From positions 342,550,001 through 342,614,000 of the forward strand of contig OZ024740.1 in the NCBI GenBank assembly GCA_964016885.1: a stretch of DNA of 64,000 nt. The letters run 5' to 3'. This DNA is from Eledone cirrhosa (lineage: Eukaryota). The position numbers and the translations under genes are program-made. The notes beneath the pieces were generated by a model, which did not search any database, was not told the origin of the DNA, and worked only from the letters and a program-made list of their open reading frames with translations. Positions 1-14,537 of this stretch are shown in pieces (within the stretch, counting starts at the first letter, position 1; every line of letters begins with the position of its first letter).

Positions 1-1790
1 CAGTGTGCTGTTTTATATGTTCCATTAGTTCTTGGTGTGCAATGTTTATGGCTGTGTACTTTTTGTGGGGCGGGGTGGTTTTGTTGCTCTTTTCTTGTTG
101 TTGCTGTTGGGTGTGTGCCTTGTTGTGTTTGCGATGTTGGTGTTTTTGGTGGTGCTGGTGGTGGTGTGGTTGTTGTTGGTGGTGATGCTTGTGGTGGTGA
201 TGGTGATGGTGGTGGTGTTGCTACAAGTCTCCTTGCAGTCTTTATCCTTCTTTCTTTGCCTTCGCTTTTGGAGGGAGAAGCTACGGTGTTTTTGCATTTG
301 TTCTTTTTGTTTACAACTGTTTTCCACTCCTCAGCCGCCTCATACTCCATGTCTGACTGTGAGAGATTGGGAAGGGATATGAGATCTACCCTCTCATTTG
401 TCTTTGTTGTTGTTGTTGGTGGTGGAGCCTGGTCTGCCGTTCTTGGCACAGGTGCAGCTAGTGCAACTGTTTCTGTTGCTGCAGCTGCCGTCACTGTTTT
501 TGTTGTCCATGGTTTTGGTGTGGGTGCCACGGATGTTGTCTCCCTATTCTCTGTAGAAGCTCCCGACTTTTTCGCTAACTGCTCTGTTTCTGATGGCAGT
601 GGTTCCGGCGTTGGAAGGAGGGGGACCTTGGCCTTTGATATTTTCTGTGGGCAGAAAGCCCTGAGGTGAGACTTCGATCCACAGTTGAAGCACTTTGGGC
701 GCCTTCCTTCAACAGATATGGGAAGTTGGGAGCTATTCCCGAGGTCTATTACGTTGGGAATAGTGCTGATGCAGTCCTGGTCTGTTTGGATGAGCATCTC
801 CATTCCAATACCAGACCAGTCCTCTCTCCGCCACCTTCTGTACCTGCAGATTGGTTGTTCTATCCTCGATGCCGCAAGAACAGACACGACCAGCCAAGGC
901 ATGGGTATGTAGGGTGGGACCTGGGTTACCTTGAATTTTGCAATTTTTTCCCGCAGTAAAACGGGACTAACGTTATGTCATCACTCCTTAGGGTCCTCAG
1001 TGAGTGCGATTTTGCTTCCTAGGTGGTAGCAAAAAGGACGTCCACAGTTGCATATTTCTTGCCACGGGTGATGTGGGTTTTCCTTGCCCACACACTTCCC
1101 AAAGCCTTCTGGATTTGGGCCTCTGAGGCTTTCTCCACACGACGCGATTTCATGGCAATCGTGCAGTATGACAATGTGCGTCGCTCTTGTTCCTCCAGGA
1201 AGTCGGTTGGTGGTTTCAAGGACACTGAAAATTCAGTTCTGGTTACCACGTGTCTTGCGACTGCCATCTCTTCCTCTGTGATCATGACTGTTTCTACGTT
1301 GCGAGCTACCTCTGCAAAAGTGATGGTCTCTTTTTCAGTGGCATCATTGTTACCACCGCTACTGCTGTTACTGGTCTTGTTGTTGTTGCCACTGCTACAA
1401 ACGGTGTTGTTGGTGTTGCTGCTGCTGCTGCTGCTACTGCTACCACAGGTGGTGTTGTTAATACTGCCGCTGCTGTTGCTGTTGCTGCTGCTATTGCTAC
1501 CTCCTTTGTTGTCAAATGCATCAGCAAGCAGCCGCTTCACGACCGTCGTTTGATGAAGAAGAGAAAGGAGTGGCGTTCGCCTGACTTTCACTATGTGACG
1601 ATGAAGAAGACGAAAAGGAAAGCGAGACTCCACTCTGACAGCTGGGCGAAGAAAGAGAAGGTTGAGAAGGATACCTTGCTGAATGGGTAATTTTTGTGTA
1701 GATACATGGCAGAGAAATAGATTTTTTGAATGACACCATTTTTTTTTTTTTTTTTTTGGCGGTACGTATTTGCTAAACGCAAAGTTCAAA
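1..1790 (-). mobile_element. Degenerate gag-like ORF1 of a non-LTR retrotransposon (L1/Tx1-like), running off the left edge
   Basis: ORF 1789-1019 continues past a TAG (1019-1021) and a 1-nt frameshift in an A-run (~945) into ...SVEGRRPKCFNCGSKSHLRAFCPQK (~650-710), a CX2CX4HX4C zinc knuckle, followed by a Pro/Thr-rich tail. The region is GC-richer than its flanks. Confidence 0.7.
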
Positions 1791-2056
1791 TTGGAATTTA
1801 GCCCCGAAGGGCTAAATACCGATTAATTCCGACCATTTCAAAAGAAGCCGGATGTGTTTAAACTCAAAACAATATAATTTTTTACAATAAGTTCGCAATA
1901 AAAACTGTTCAAAAATCACAAACTTACGGGAACAAAATTTCCCACCCCGTAAGGATGAAAGGCAAAGTTAACCTTGGAGGGATTTGAACTCTAAGTGTCA
2001 AAGCATGGCGTCTGACCCTCTACCAATACTGCCAATATAATAATAATAATAACAAT

Positions 2057-2240
2057 AATTGTTTCTACTTTAGGCACAAGGCCAGCAATTACCCAGTACA
2101 TTACTGGTACTTTATTTTATCGACCCCGTAAGGATGAAAGGCAAAGTTAACCTCGGCGGGATTTGAACTCAGAATGGCAAGGGTCGTAACTCAATGCGTC
2201 AAAGCATGGCGTCCGACCCTCTACCGATACTGCCAATCCA
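2057..2240 (-). mobile_element. tRNA-derived SINE with a Nin/Deu-type core
   Basis: Minus strand reads TGGCAGTATCGG (A box), GTTCAAATCC (B box), core GCCTTTCATCCTTACGGGGTCGATAAAATAAAGTACCAG and a (TTA)n tail. A partial tandem copy lies at 1945-2035. Confidence 0.8.
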
Positions 2241-3214
2241 ATAATAATAATAATAATTAAAAAACAAAAGCAAGAGAACACCAACTAACCAGCAGGAGAC
2301 CCAGGGAGAGACCCCAAGCAAGATGGTTGAATTTCCCCCATGATCTCAGCTGGTCTCACTTAGGGATTCAGTCAGATCAGTTGGAGATGGTTGCTTCTGA
2401 CAGGACCCACTGAAAGGAGTGTTTGAGGACTCTGCCCCCCACGACTCCCTCAGGAATAAGTGGGTGAAGAAGAATACTAATGTTATTTTGACTAGCAGTG
2501 GTTCACTAATTGAGTTATCTCCTCTTGCAAGGGAAAGAATTGAGGAAAAATTGAAAATCTTTTGTTTCTTTTCTCTTCTCCCACACTATAATTTAAAATA
2601 TCATGCTTATAAAACTAAATTTAATCTAATTTAATTTATTTACTTATTAACTAGATCATATTGTTTTTATATGGGTGAGTCTTAATTGAAATGTCTTTGA
2701 CCATGGGGGTGCTCAGTCAAGGGGGCTAAACAACAACTAAAGTACTATTCAATAGCTTTGCTGACAGCATCCCTTCAATTGTGGCAATTATTAAATTCAT
2801 TTAGCAAATAGATTTATGTATTTTTGTTATTTTCTTTAAAATATACATTACACAACAACACAACAATCATTTTAAGGATATTTTTCCTGCTGAACCAGGG
2901 ATTAGCCTTGCAAGCCCCATAAGCTTCATACATATTGTGAGGTCTTTTTTGAGGCAATGTTTTACAACTAGTGGCCCTTCTTGGTCCCTGCCTATATGCA
3001 GAAATATGGTGTACCTATTCCAAGCTGGGTAGACATACTCTAATGCTTGGTGCCAATGCTTTTAGTCACCTCTTATGACATACAAGGATACAGTGTACCT
3101 GTTCTAAACTGGATAGATATACTATAATTCCTGCAAAAATATGTTAACTAAATTCTACTTGAAACAATATCTCCTTGTCATGTTTCCATCCTTGTTTTGT
3201 TTTTATCTTTGCAG

Positions 3215-3442
3215 ATGTCAACGAATGTATGTTCCCAAAGGTTTTTGAATGTCATCCACACATGATCTGTAATGACACACTTAATGGTTATGAATGTAGT
3301 CAATGTATCTACGGCTATAATGGTTCTAACTGTGATCAAAGCATTGATGAGTGTGGCCTTGGTGTTTGTCAGAATGGTGCCACCTGTACTGATGGACCCA
3401 GTCCCTATGACTATACATGTTTATGTACTTCATATTTCAAGG
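3215..3442 (+). CDS. Gene 1 exon: two calcium-binding-type EGF repeats
   Basis: ttgcag|ATGTC acceptor. [40 protein letters not shown] and [16 protein letters not shown]...YTCLC. G|gtatga donor. Confidence 0.9.
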
Positions 3443-6400
3443 GTATGAATATAGACTTTTTTTAAAGAATGTATTAATGTTTTAAGTATAACATATATTT
3501 TATATCATAGGAAGCCTGAAATTAAAACATTGCAATTATTTTAAAACTAAGTTTGTTCACCAATTACAATTAATTAGACATTGTTAATTAGAGATCAGGT
3601 CAATTCTTTCTAACATTTTGCTTACTAGATACTAAGCTATTTTGGAGATAGGAAGTGTAAGGAAGTGTGTGCATGTATGTGTGTGTGTGTGTGCTTGTCT
3701 CATCTTTCGCTTCTTCACTCTATGCCTCTTTACACATTTGACATCACAGTTGATGGTGATATTTGTTAATGCTCCAGATATCCCACTGATCAGGAGTTCA
3801 ATGTGGGAAGATTTGTATTTTATTTACAATATGAGCTGAGCTAATTTTTCTTTATCAAGTGTTTTCATATTATTTCAGGCAGAACATGTGCTGAGAAGTT
3901 GGAACCATGTTTTGATCCAAACCTATGTAATGCTTACACTACATGTCTTACTGATGGTAAGGAACACTACTGCCGACCGAAAAGTGGTCATGGGGATCCT
4001 GGCTTTCCAACTATTGATTGTAGTAATGACCCTTGCCAAAATGGTGGAAGTTGTGTGAGTAAGAAGAATCAACCTGACAGATGTAAATGTGCCTCGAAGT
4101 GGATGGGAGAATTTTGTGATATTGAATATCAGCCAACATGTGAACTTTCACCTTGTTTGAATAATGGCAAGTATATCTTTTTCATTCTTTGTAGGGTTTT
4201 ATGTATCCTCTAAGTAAATTGTATACAATAGACATCGAATATAATTGAAGGAAATTATGAACAATCTGTGAACAAACTACAATTCTTCCATAGAATCAGA
4301 AAATGTAGCCAAAATGTCAGTCTGTTTATATCAAGAGTCCCTAAACTTTTTAGAACATCGACCCTTTCATGGAATCCTTGATCCCTCATCAAACCCCAGG
4401 CATATACAAAAATAAATAAATAATTATTATTTAGTAGATGTACAGTTTCCATGTATATTAGTATGGGAAACTGTATACTAAACCCTGCTTTCAATATACA
4501 CCAGTATGGGAAACTGCATACGATACCCTGCAAAACTATTGTTCTGTATACCCCCTCCCCACGATGAATATGTTTCATGAAATATGAAAAACAAAAAAGA
4601 CAAACTGTTTACTGTCATAGTGTCAGAGCAGTTTCATGACAAACAGACAATGGCAGGCAGACAGACAAGCTGAACTTCTTAGATCCCTATACTATACATG
4701 TGTGATACATTTGCATTACCCCTAGTTTTGACACCAAACCCAACATCACTAATAATAATGAGAAAGAAACTTCATAATTAATATAGGTAATATCAAATAC
4801 ATTAGAAATAAATTAAGATACCTTTTTTATTGAATTGGTTGACATTATTAATAGGAAGGATGTATTTGATGAGCATAAGAAAGGACTTTGATATTTGGTT
4901 GGAGATTGGTGAGTTTTAGTTGTCACCATGCTCTTCTAGTTTCAGTTTGTTCCTCTGCTTTGTTAGAATTGCATTTGCATGGATAAAACCAGCTTCAACC
5001 ATGTACAAACTTGGGAGTGCAAGTAAAAATGGCTCAATCTCTGCACTAAGCTTGTGGTATTTAGTAACAGTATTTACTATATTTCCCGGCGCCGAAGATG
5101 CTTCGTCTTCGAGGGCGAACCCTAATTTTGACAACCAAAAATTTGAAAATAACTAATAAACAACCTTCGGCCTCCAGGACGTATGGTAGATTTTTGAGAC
5201 TTATTTTAGGAAAAAAGTAGCATCTCTGAAGCCGGAAAATAAGGTACATTGTTCCAATAGTCACTAAGGCTTTTATTTCTGAACAATGATTTAGCTTCGA
5301 GATCCACACAACGAGTTCTTATTCTAAGTAAAATTCAATGTCTGCATTTTCTATTTTCAACTCAAAAGGGGGAACAATCCAGTCGAGTACGTGCATTTCT
5401 CCAGGTCCTCAAAACGTACTTTAAAGTCTTCCTTTAATTTATCAAGGTGATTTATATATATCTCCAAATCACAGTCTGAGATGTTTTCATCTTCTTCCAA
5501 TTGCCGTAAATTTGAAAGATATTTAAAATGTTTATGTGCCAGTGAAGATTTAGATAACCCTAGTGTGTCTTGAAAGCTATTAATATTGTTAGGGTTTGGA
5601 TAATTGTAACCTCTTTACATTAGTTACGTCCCTTTACGGTATGAGTTCAAATCCGTCGAGGTTAACCTTGCCTTTCATCCTTACGGGGTCGATAAAATGA
5701 AGTACCAGTAATGTACTGGTTAATTGCTGGCCTTGTGCCAAAAGTAGAAACTATTATTTCTTATACGAAATAAGGCAGTGAATTGGCAATATCGGTGGAG
5801 GGTCGGACGCCATGCTTTGCAGCATAGAGTTACGGCCCTTTTGACCCCCAGGCATTTATCGACCCCTTGAAGAGTCCTATCGATCCCTAGAGGTCAATAT
5901 CGACCACTTTGTAGACCACTGGTTTATATCCTTTTCAACAAGAAAGCTATTTGCTGAAAGCACCTCTTCAAAAGTAGCTTTTGGAGTTACTTCCCTTACA
6001 TCAATTACTTGTTAATCTACCGTAGTGTTGCTTAATTTCTGATTTATAGTATTCGTCTATCATATTGACTGGAAGTATAATGATCCAAACTATTGTTACT
6101 CTCTGATTCTGTCTAAGTTTAATTGGCTTTGATAGGTATTTTCAACTAGTTGAACTCTAGCTGGACATATGAGTAAAACAATTCACACCTTTAGGTGCCT
6201 TTCAGTATTTGCTCCATACACACTGAGTTCAAATCCCACAGATGGCAACGTTGCATTTCATCCTTTCCAGGTCAATATAATTTACTACCAATCCATGGCG
6301 ATGGATTAATGGAATTTTTAAGAATCAGAAGGAATTCCTTTAATCATTTGTTCTGTCTCTTCGTATATTGACTTCAGATTTTGCTGTGACCTACTTGGGT

Positions 6401-9400
6401 AGAAGACATAACCCATTGCTCAGTTTAACATCACTACCTGGTCGTTGGGTGCTTTTAACAAAGTCACTCTATGGCAAACCTTCAAAACAGGTCTCTAGTT
6501 TGAGGATACCTTCGTCCAGCTCTCCCACAAAACATTGATACGGAATCTACTAAACATCATAGAAATTTACCAACATTTCAACCATCCTCTTACGGAATCA
6601 CCTATATAACTCACCCACCACACACCCAAAAAAAATTTTTCTCCACACGCCACCTACACCCACAACACGCTTAAACCCCCCACACACGTGCTTTCCACCA
6701 CATATTTACACCCTCAGCCTCCTGATTCCTCTCCCCCCACCCCTCTATCCACACACGCACAGACACTCCGACCCCCCCCCCCACACACACCTCTTCCTGA
6801 ACATGCAACCCCGTTCTTCCCCCAACCCTTACTTTCACATACACACACACACACACACACGTACACCTACACACACACACCACCTTCAGCCCTCCTCGCT
6901 CGGACACCCCGTCTCCCTCTCCCCACTCCACCCGCCACCACCCCTACACACCCCACACCCTTCCACCACCTGTTTTACCCCTTTTTAATTTCAGTTTATT
7001 TTGATCATGCTTTTATATTTAATTTTATTTCATTCCTTGTATTTTGATCATGCTTTATTTTTAATTTCATTCGAACCGTTTCCTTTCGCTATATGTCTCT
7101 CCACCACTCCCCCACACACCCTTTGAACTCTGTTCCCACACACTTCTCACCTGAGGAAGGGCTTATGCCCGAAACGTCGTTCCCCACCACCACCCCACTC
7201 TCCAGAGCGTGAAATTAATAAACATTCGTTGTACTGCCTCTCTGTTTTGTTCCTGTTCAAATTTTTCCATTATATATATATATATATATATACTATATTT
7301 ACAAACACACACACACACACACACATACACACATACATACATACATACATATATATATATACATCATCATCATTTTACAACCGCTTTTCCCTGCTTGCAA
7401 GGGTAGGACAGGTCCTCTTCAACATAGCATCTCTCCATTCATCACGGTCCCTCATCATCTCTTCTGTGAGCTTTAGCGATCTGAGGTCAGCTCTCACCAC
7501 CTCCGCCCATGTTCTTTTCATGGTCTTCCTCTACTGCATCTTCCTTCCACCGGGATTTCTTGGCACTCCTTCACCCAGCGGTCATCTTCCATGCACATCA
7601 CATGGCCAGACCAATGCAGTCTTCTCTCATGCACACTACATGTTATCCCTCTTATACACAGTTTCACTCTCAACTCGTCTATGCTTGGTCGTTCATGCAT
7701 ATTGACATTACACATCCATCGGAGCATGCTTGCTTCATTTCTCTCCGGCCTTTGCATGTCCTCTGCAGTTGTTGCCCATGTCTCACTACCATGCAGCATC
7801 GCACATCTCACACAGGCACCATACAACCGACCTTTCATTCTTAGGGAGAAACCCTTCGTTGTCAACAGAGGAAGCAGCTCTCTAAACTTCTTCCATCCTG
7901 TCCTTATTCTAGATACTATGGCCTCGGAGCATCCTCCTCCCTTGCTAAAATTGATCACCTAGATATCTGAAGCTATCAACCACCTCTATAGATCCTACCT
8001 GCATTTAGAAAATGTGCCTATCACTGACACTTCTACTATCAATTTTCCCTGAGCATTTATTACATATGAAGTTTTCCCTTCCTGTTAGTTTGCCTGCTAT
8101 CCCACTACACCTCTGTGTACTCAAGATCTACATTGTGTACATTCTATAGAGTTTATGCCCTCTCCTTTTCTACATATCGAACATGGCTATTTCCCTGATG
8201 GAATCAGAGTTTTGTCCTCTTTCCTACTTATCAACACTTTAGTCTTTGCTAGGTTTACTCTCAGTCCTCTTGATTTCAATTGCTGTTTCCATAGCCGGAA
8301 TTTATTCTTTAGCTCCTCTACTGATTCTTGTATAAGTACCAGATCATCAGCATAGAGAAGTTCCCATGGGCAGCCAGTCTTAAACTCCTAGTTTGGAGAA
8401 CTATAATGAATAAGAGTGGACTGAGGACTGAACCCTAATGAACTCCTACTTGTATCTGGAATTCCTCACTAAACTCCATTCCTACTCTCACTTTACTGAC
8501 AGTTCCTCTGTACATAGCTTGCACTGTCCTTACAAGCCATTCCTCTATACCTAGAATGATGAAATAGGAATTATTTGTATTTGTTTTTATTTCTAGGTAC
8601 ATGTGTTTCCAAACCTGGCCAAGATCAAGGTTACACCTGCATATGTCCAGAAAAAAAGTATAATTCTTCTGTACGTTTAGATGATAACTGCGCACTTAAA
8701 AATCCATGTGATTCCTATCCTTGTCAAAATAATGGTATATGTGTAAGTTCTAAAGAGGATTCAAATGGATTTACATGTGAATGTGTTGGTAAATCTAAGG
8801 GGGAAAATTGCCAGATAACACCTATGTCATCTTCCCCAGGTAAGAGCTTTTATAAATAAACATGCTGTAATGAGCTAGATATATATATAATCGTGTACAT
8901 CAGTGAAAGTATATGACTTAATGCGCAGGGTCTAAGGTCTAAAGTCTGTCTCGAGCCTGAAGACTCATCAAGCCAGTACTTATCCCTGTTTTCATGGCAT
9001 GAAGTGACTAAGAGTCCAAGACTTCCTCATGGACAGGGTTATACCCCCAGCTATTGCTGGTACTTATTTTCAGTTCAGTATACTGGAGCAATGTAAAATG
9101 TAGAACAATACCCAGTCCATATGTCATATGACAGGAAACTTTGGGAGTATACATTTGTCACTGTAGTTAACAGTATTTAAATAAATAAGAATAAATAAAT
9201 GTATCAATAAAAATCAATAAATGAATTCACTATGCCTGTATATGACTAAAATGATTCATTACATTGCTCCCACTCAAACACCACAAATAATATTAGGAAT
9301 AACAGTGATTTAACAAAAAAGAAAAAAAAAAGAATTCGAAAAAAGGAGTATATATTTTCATACATGTTTATTCCATTCATCAAGAAAATAGAAGACGGAA

Positions 9401-9886
9401 AAGAAATGTTATAGTATTGTTCTCAAAATAAATAATATCAAAATCTCATAGATTCGATATTTTGTGAGTTAATTATGTGAAATAAAGTGTTAATTATGAA
9501 AATGAAATAGTAAATATAGAGTAATGTAAATGCTAAAGGATTAATACAGACACTAAAAGCACTCACTATTATACTTGCCTAGTAATGTGTTTGAAGAAAA
9601 GCTTTGTATTGAAACAATTGTAAGACTTAAACTATGTAAGAACTTCTTGCTGTCATCTTAATTTGTTTTATATGCTGTTTTAAAATTGCAACCTTTCTTC
9701 AACCCTTTAAAAGTTTCCTCATTATATTTCTATCTACATAAATACATTGAGCTTAAATCTTTTCAATCACAGCTTCTCGTGTAACTACATTTTTTCTTAT
9801 TTATTATTATTAAAAAAATATATATGAAAGAATATATATACATGTGTGTGTGTATATATGTCTATGTATGTATATAAATGTATATA

Positions 9887-9917
<31 letters not shown>

Positions 9918-10424
9918 CGTTATATTTGGGGATAGTCATGTTGTCAATATTGCTAACAGAATGAAAAAAACACACCCCTTATAATTTTCACTTTATCTTT
10001 ATTGTTTGTAATTCATTTGTTTATCAAATTTCTTTTGTTACATATTCTGTGGCCTCCTCAATGATTATCTGTTTTGTGCCTTCTCTTTTTTCTGGTCTTA
10101 AACTTCTAGAAAGTTTAAGACCAGGAAAAAGTGTGTTTCTTTCTATTGGCAATATTAGCAACATGGCCATCCCCATATGTAACAATATTGGTTTCAATAT
10201 ACAATTTCACATCAAGAATCTTGAGGAACAAATATAAAACGTTTCTATTTTCAGCAGTTAAAGAATGCTCCAGTGATATGATATGTCACAACTTAGGAAC
10301 CTGTGTTAGGCACGATGAGGGCTATGACTGTATATGTACCCTTAGGTACACTGGAAAATTATGTGACATTGAACAAGAGCAAAGTAAGTCTCATCTCATC
10401 AAATGCTTTATTCAAAATAGATGC

Positions 10425-10494
<70 letters not shown>

Positions 10495-13400
10495 ACATGA
10501 ATGGACCTGTTATTTTTCTCTAAAAAGTTTTTTTTCTGTTTCCCTCCTGCCTGTCTCCTCAATATGTAAGAAAGATGTAGGTAGGAACTCCATCCTCTGC
10601 CCCAAATGCAAACTATGGGTACACAAGAGATGTAGTGGGATCTCAGGAAGTTTAGTTAAGAAACAAAGGTGCTACCCAAGGTTTCAAAACCCAAATTTGA
10701 CCATACCTCCAGAAAACAAATTAATGACCTTTCTTTTGGCACAAGTTTAAAAGATAACATTAAAAGTGAACAGTATCTTATTAAAAGTAAACAGTATCTA
10801 GCCATAGAAACCAGGCTCAAACCAGTTCTGTATGAGCAAGACATGGTCATCAGACCTGGCTTGTCTCACTGCAGGGAAACCCATCAAACCCATGCTATCA
10901 TATTAATTTCTTCTTCATAGTCCCTTATATTAAGTGACTTCTTTCTTTGTTTTGAACTCTCATCAGAAAACAAAATTCTATCATTGTTTGTTCTAAATTC
11001 AAGTACAAACAGGATCAATAAAATATATACCTATATGATATAACCCTGTCAAGTCAGTCAACTATTAAATGGTTCCCTTCGATAATGACAGACTATGGAT
11101 ATGCACTGGAAAGTTTCTCTCCAAAGCACAAGCTAGGGCAAGCTGCTTTTCGTGAAAGACCAATAGTCGTTCATACATGTCTTTCACCCCTCTCTATGCC
11201 ACCAATGTTGTCCAAGGGAAAGGTATAAGCTGACACAGCTTAGCACTAGAGTGTCATCCCAATTCATTTTTTTTTATCCAATTGAGTAAATTGGAGCAAC
11301 ATGAAATAAAATGCCTTGCTCAAGGACACAAACATTTCTTATCCTAGAACCTAAGTTGTAGTCTGAGAGGAAGCACAATTAAACTGGCAACATTAGAACT
11401 GTGTAGCAGCAAAAAATAACAGCAACAATAACGATAATAGTTTGCAGTCTTATTCACAGAGCACAGCCCCAATACTGCCACGCCCTAGGTCTAGGGCCCA
11501 TCACCGTCACCTTTCCCTTTCCCCATTCTTCTGTGACGCTAGAGCCCTTGCCTTTACCTTCTTTTTCTATTTTCATAACCACAAAAGACACTTGAATTTT
11601 TTACAATGGATTTTTTAAAAAGTGGATAATATAGTTGTCATATAGTTGTTATAATTGTTATTATAACAATAGTGATATAAAGATACCATATATACTCGAA
11701 TATAAGCCAATCCAAATATAAACGGTCATTTTCTGGTTAAATAATGTTTATTTTTTCTAAATTGTATATTTATTATATATTACATATTTATTCTTTCAAT
11801 ATAATATATTATAGATAATTTACTTTATATTGCAGAGAAGAAATCATTTGATGTTACTGTTGAAGTCCAATACCCTTTCTCAAAAACTAGTAACAAGGGA
11901 TTTCCAGATTATTTCTCTAAACAGGTAAACTTTGCAATGTTATTTCTGAAATGCAAAGACACTGGGTGATAGTGTGTAGGATACTAGCATAGCTGTATGG
12001 TCAAGAAGTTTGTTTCGCAGCCATATGGATTTAAGTTCAGCCCCACTGCATTGCACCTTTGGCAAGTTTAATCTACTATAGCCTCAGGTCAATCAATGGC
12101 TTGTGAATGAACTTGATAGGCAGAAACACAAAGGAAGCTCATCATGTGTGTATGTATGGTGTGCACATGTGTATATGCATATGTGCACGTGAGTATATGC
12201 ATCTGTGTGTCCATGTCTGGGTTTATGTTTACTATAAAAAAACAAACAATGTTGTGTCAAAAATACAACTTGGCAGTTTTATATCTATGGACTCAGAAAT
12301 GAAGTACCAGATTGAAATAAGTTCTGGAATTGATAAAATATAGTTGTATGCCCAATGACTGAAATAGTAAAAAATAATATTAAGATAATCCTCAATTATA
12401 AAATATTTTTAAAAAAGCAACTCTAACCCATGCTAGCATGGAAAATGGACATTAAACAGTGATGATTATGATGATGATATAACAGACCTGCCAACCTCTA
12501 AAATCCCACATGAGGAGTACCATGAAAAAAAGTGCCCCAAAATGGGGGAGATTTTACATAATGAAAGCTATACTCATTTTCACAAGAGGAGACATCTCTC
12601 ACCCACCCGAAAGAGGGTGGAAGATCTCCCTGTTGGACGTGGAGAGTTGGCAGGTCTGATATAGTAATAATATACTCCCAAAAGAGAAGAAGAAGAATAA
12701 AGTGTACAATAATGAAACCATTGTAGTTATAAAAACTGAATAAATCAGTTTATAATAGAGAGAGTGTTTAGATGTTTAGAATGAAAAGTATGGTTATAAT
12801 AGATATAGTGTTTAGATGTTTAGAATGAAAAGTATGGTTATAATAGATATAGTGTTTAGATGTTTAGAATGAAAAGTATGGAAATGAAAAGCCAATTGAT
12901 TGTTACATGTCTTTTTCTTAATATTTTTTAGCTAAAAAGCTTATACCATAAAATTCTGAAAAAAGTCCAGTTACAAGTGCACATTAAAAACCTGAAGTAA
13001 GTTATTGTTTTTAACTTTTTTTAAAATGTACTTTGGGCGGAAATGTAAATATTTGTTTAGAGGTAACTTGTTAAATTAATCAGTTAAAGTCTGTCTCAAA
13101 CCTGGAGGCTCATCAGGTTGCTGTTTATCCCAGTTTCATTGGCATTAACCTTTTAATATTTAAACCAGCCATATCCGGCCAGAATTCTCTCACCTCTTTC
13201 TGTTCAAACTGGCTGTAACCAACCACTCATACTGATGTTAAGGTATTTTTCTAATTAAATAATATCAAAATCTTATAGATTTGATATTATGTGAGATAAT
13301 TATGTAAGGTCCTTTACCATGAAAATATAATATAAAATATATAGTAATGTATATGTTAAAGTGTTAGGTGACTGGGAGTACAAGACTTGCCCCTGGACAA

Positions 13401-14450
13401 GATGCCAGTCAATTGCAGGGTTAAACTCAAGTTTTTGCTGGTACTCATTTCCAGTTGAGTGGACTGGAGCAATGTGAACTGAAGTGTTTTGCTCAAGAAC
13501 ACAATGCTACCCAGTCCAAGAATTAAACCCACAACATTACGATCATATATCCAACACTTTAACCACATAGAGTTATGTGTAAAAGACATATTAATCCTAT
13601 CTATTTTCCAGGGAAACACCTCTATACTTCTCTATACTGCCCCAATTTGCCCATAAAAGTGAGAGATGGGGAGAGCGGGAGAGACAGAGGCAGTGACAGT
13701 GTATATGTATATGTTTCAAAGGAGCAATATTAAAGTCACTATTTTGCTATCACTATACATAGTAACCTCACCTCTAGGGTATCTCTTTGTCCAATAGTAT
13801 GGCCTTCTTTCACTATATCTACTCTTTCCATATCAAAAATTTAATTTTCATTTCATTATTAAAAAATATTTTTTTCCAGGCCTGGCTTTTCTTTTAATGA
13901 CACTGTGGTTCAGTTTGAATTGATTGTCATTCAATATATAAACTCTTCTGAAAAAAATCCAGTTACAGATCCATACACGATAAGACGTATCCTTGAAGAT
14001 GCTTTATACCAAAATACATTTGGTGATTTAAGTGCATCTCGTCGAAATTTCGCATTTAAAGGTAATATTTGATCATTTTTCCTTTTTATAACATAGCCCA
14101 ATCAATGTATCATCTATTTCTTATATTAGAATTCCCCTTTTTTTTACTATTTTTCTGCATGACTGCTATATTTTCATGTAACTGATATACCCAGTTATAG
14201 TTCTGAGAAAATCTTTATTAACTTTCTTGTTACCAACTGAACCAAAACCAATTCTTCTTCTATAAAATACAGAACATCATACTCTGATATGAATGGCAAT
14301 CCTTATATTTTAGTGTCTTAAGCATGGCCTATAAATGCCATATTTTAAGACAACTCACTTTCATGCATTTCTTTTCCTTGTATATATATACCTCTGCCTA
14401 TATATGCCATATTTTAAGTCTTAACTCACTTTAATGTATATATTTTCCTA

Positions 14451-14537
<87 letters not shown>

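Noticed and set aside
930-1021. Programmed readthrough or frameshift in the LINE ORF1
   Set aside because: No canonical X XXY YYZ slippery site in frame. Simple decay explains the stop and the frameshift.
3-1690. Plus-strand hydrophobic ORFs as 5' exons or signal peptide of gene 1
   Set aside because: They are antisense readings of low-complexity retroelement ORF1 sequence.
2150-2240. tRNA genes at A/B-box motifs
   Set aside because: They are SINE heads with no complete cloverleaf.
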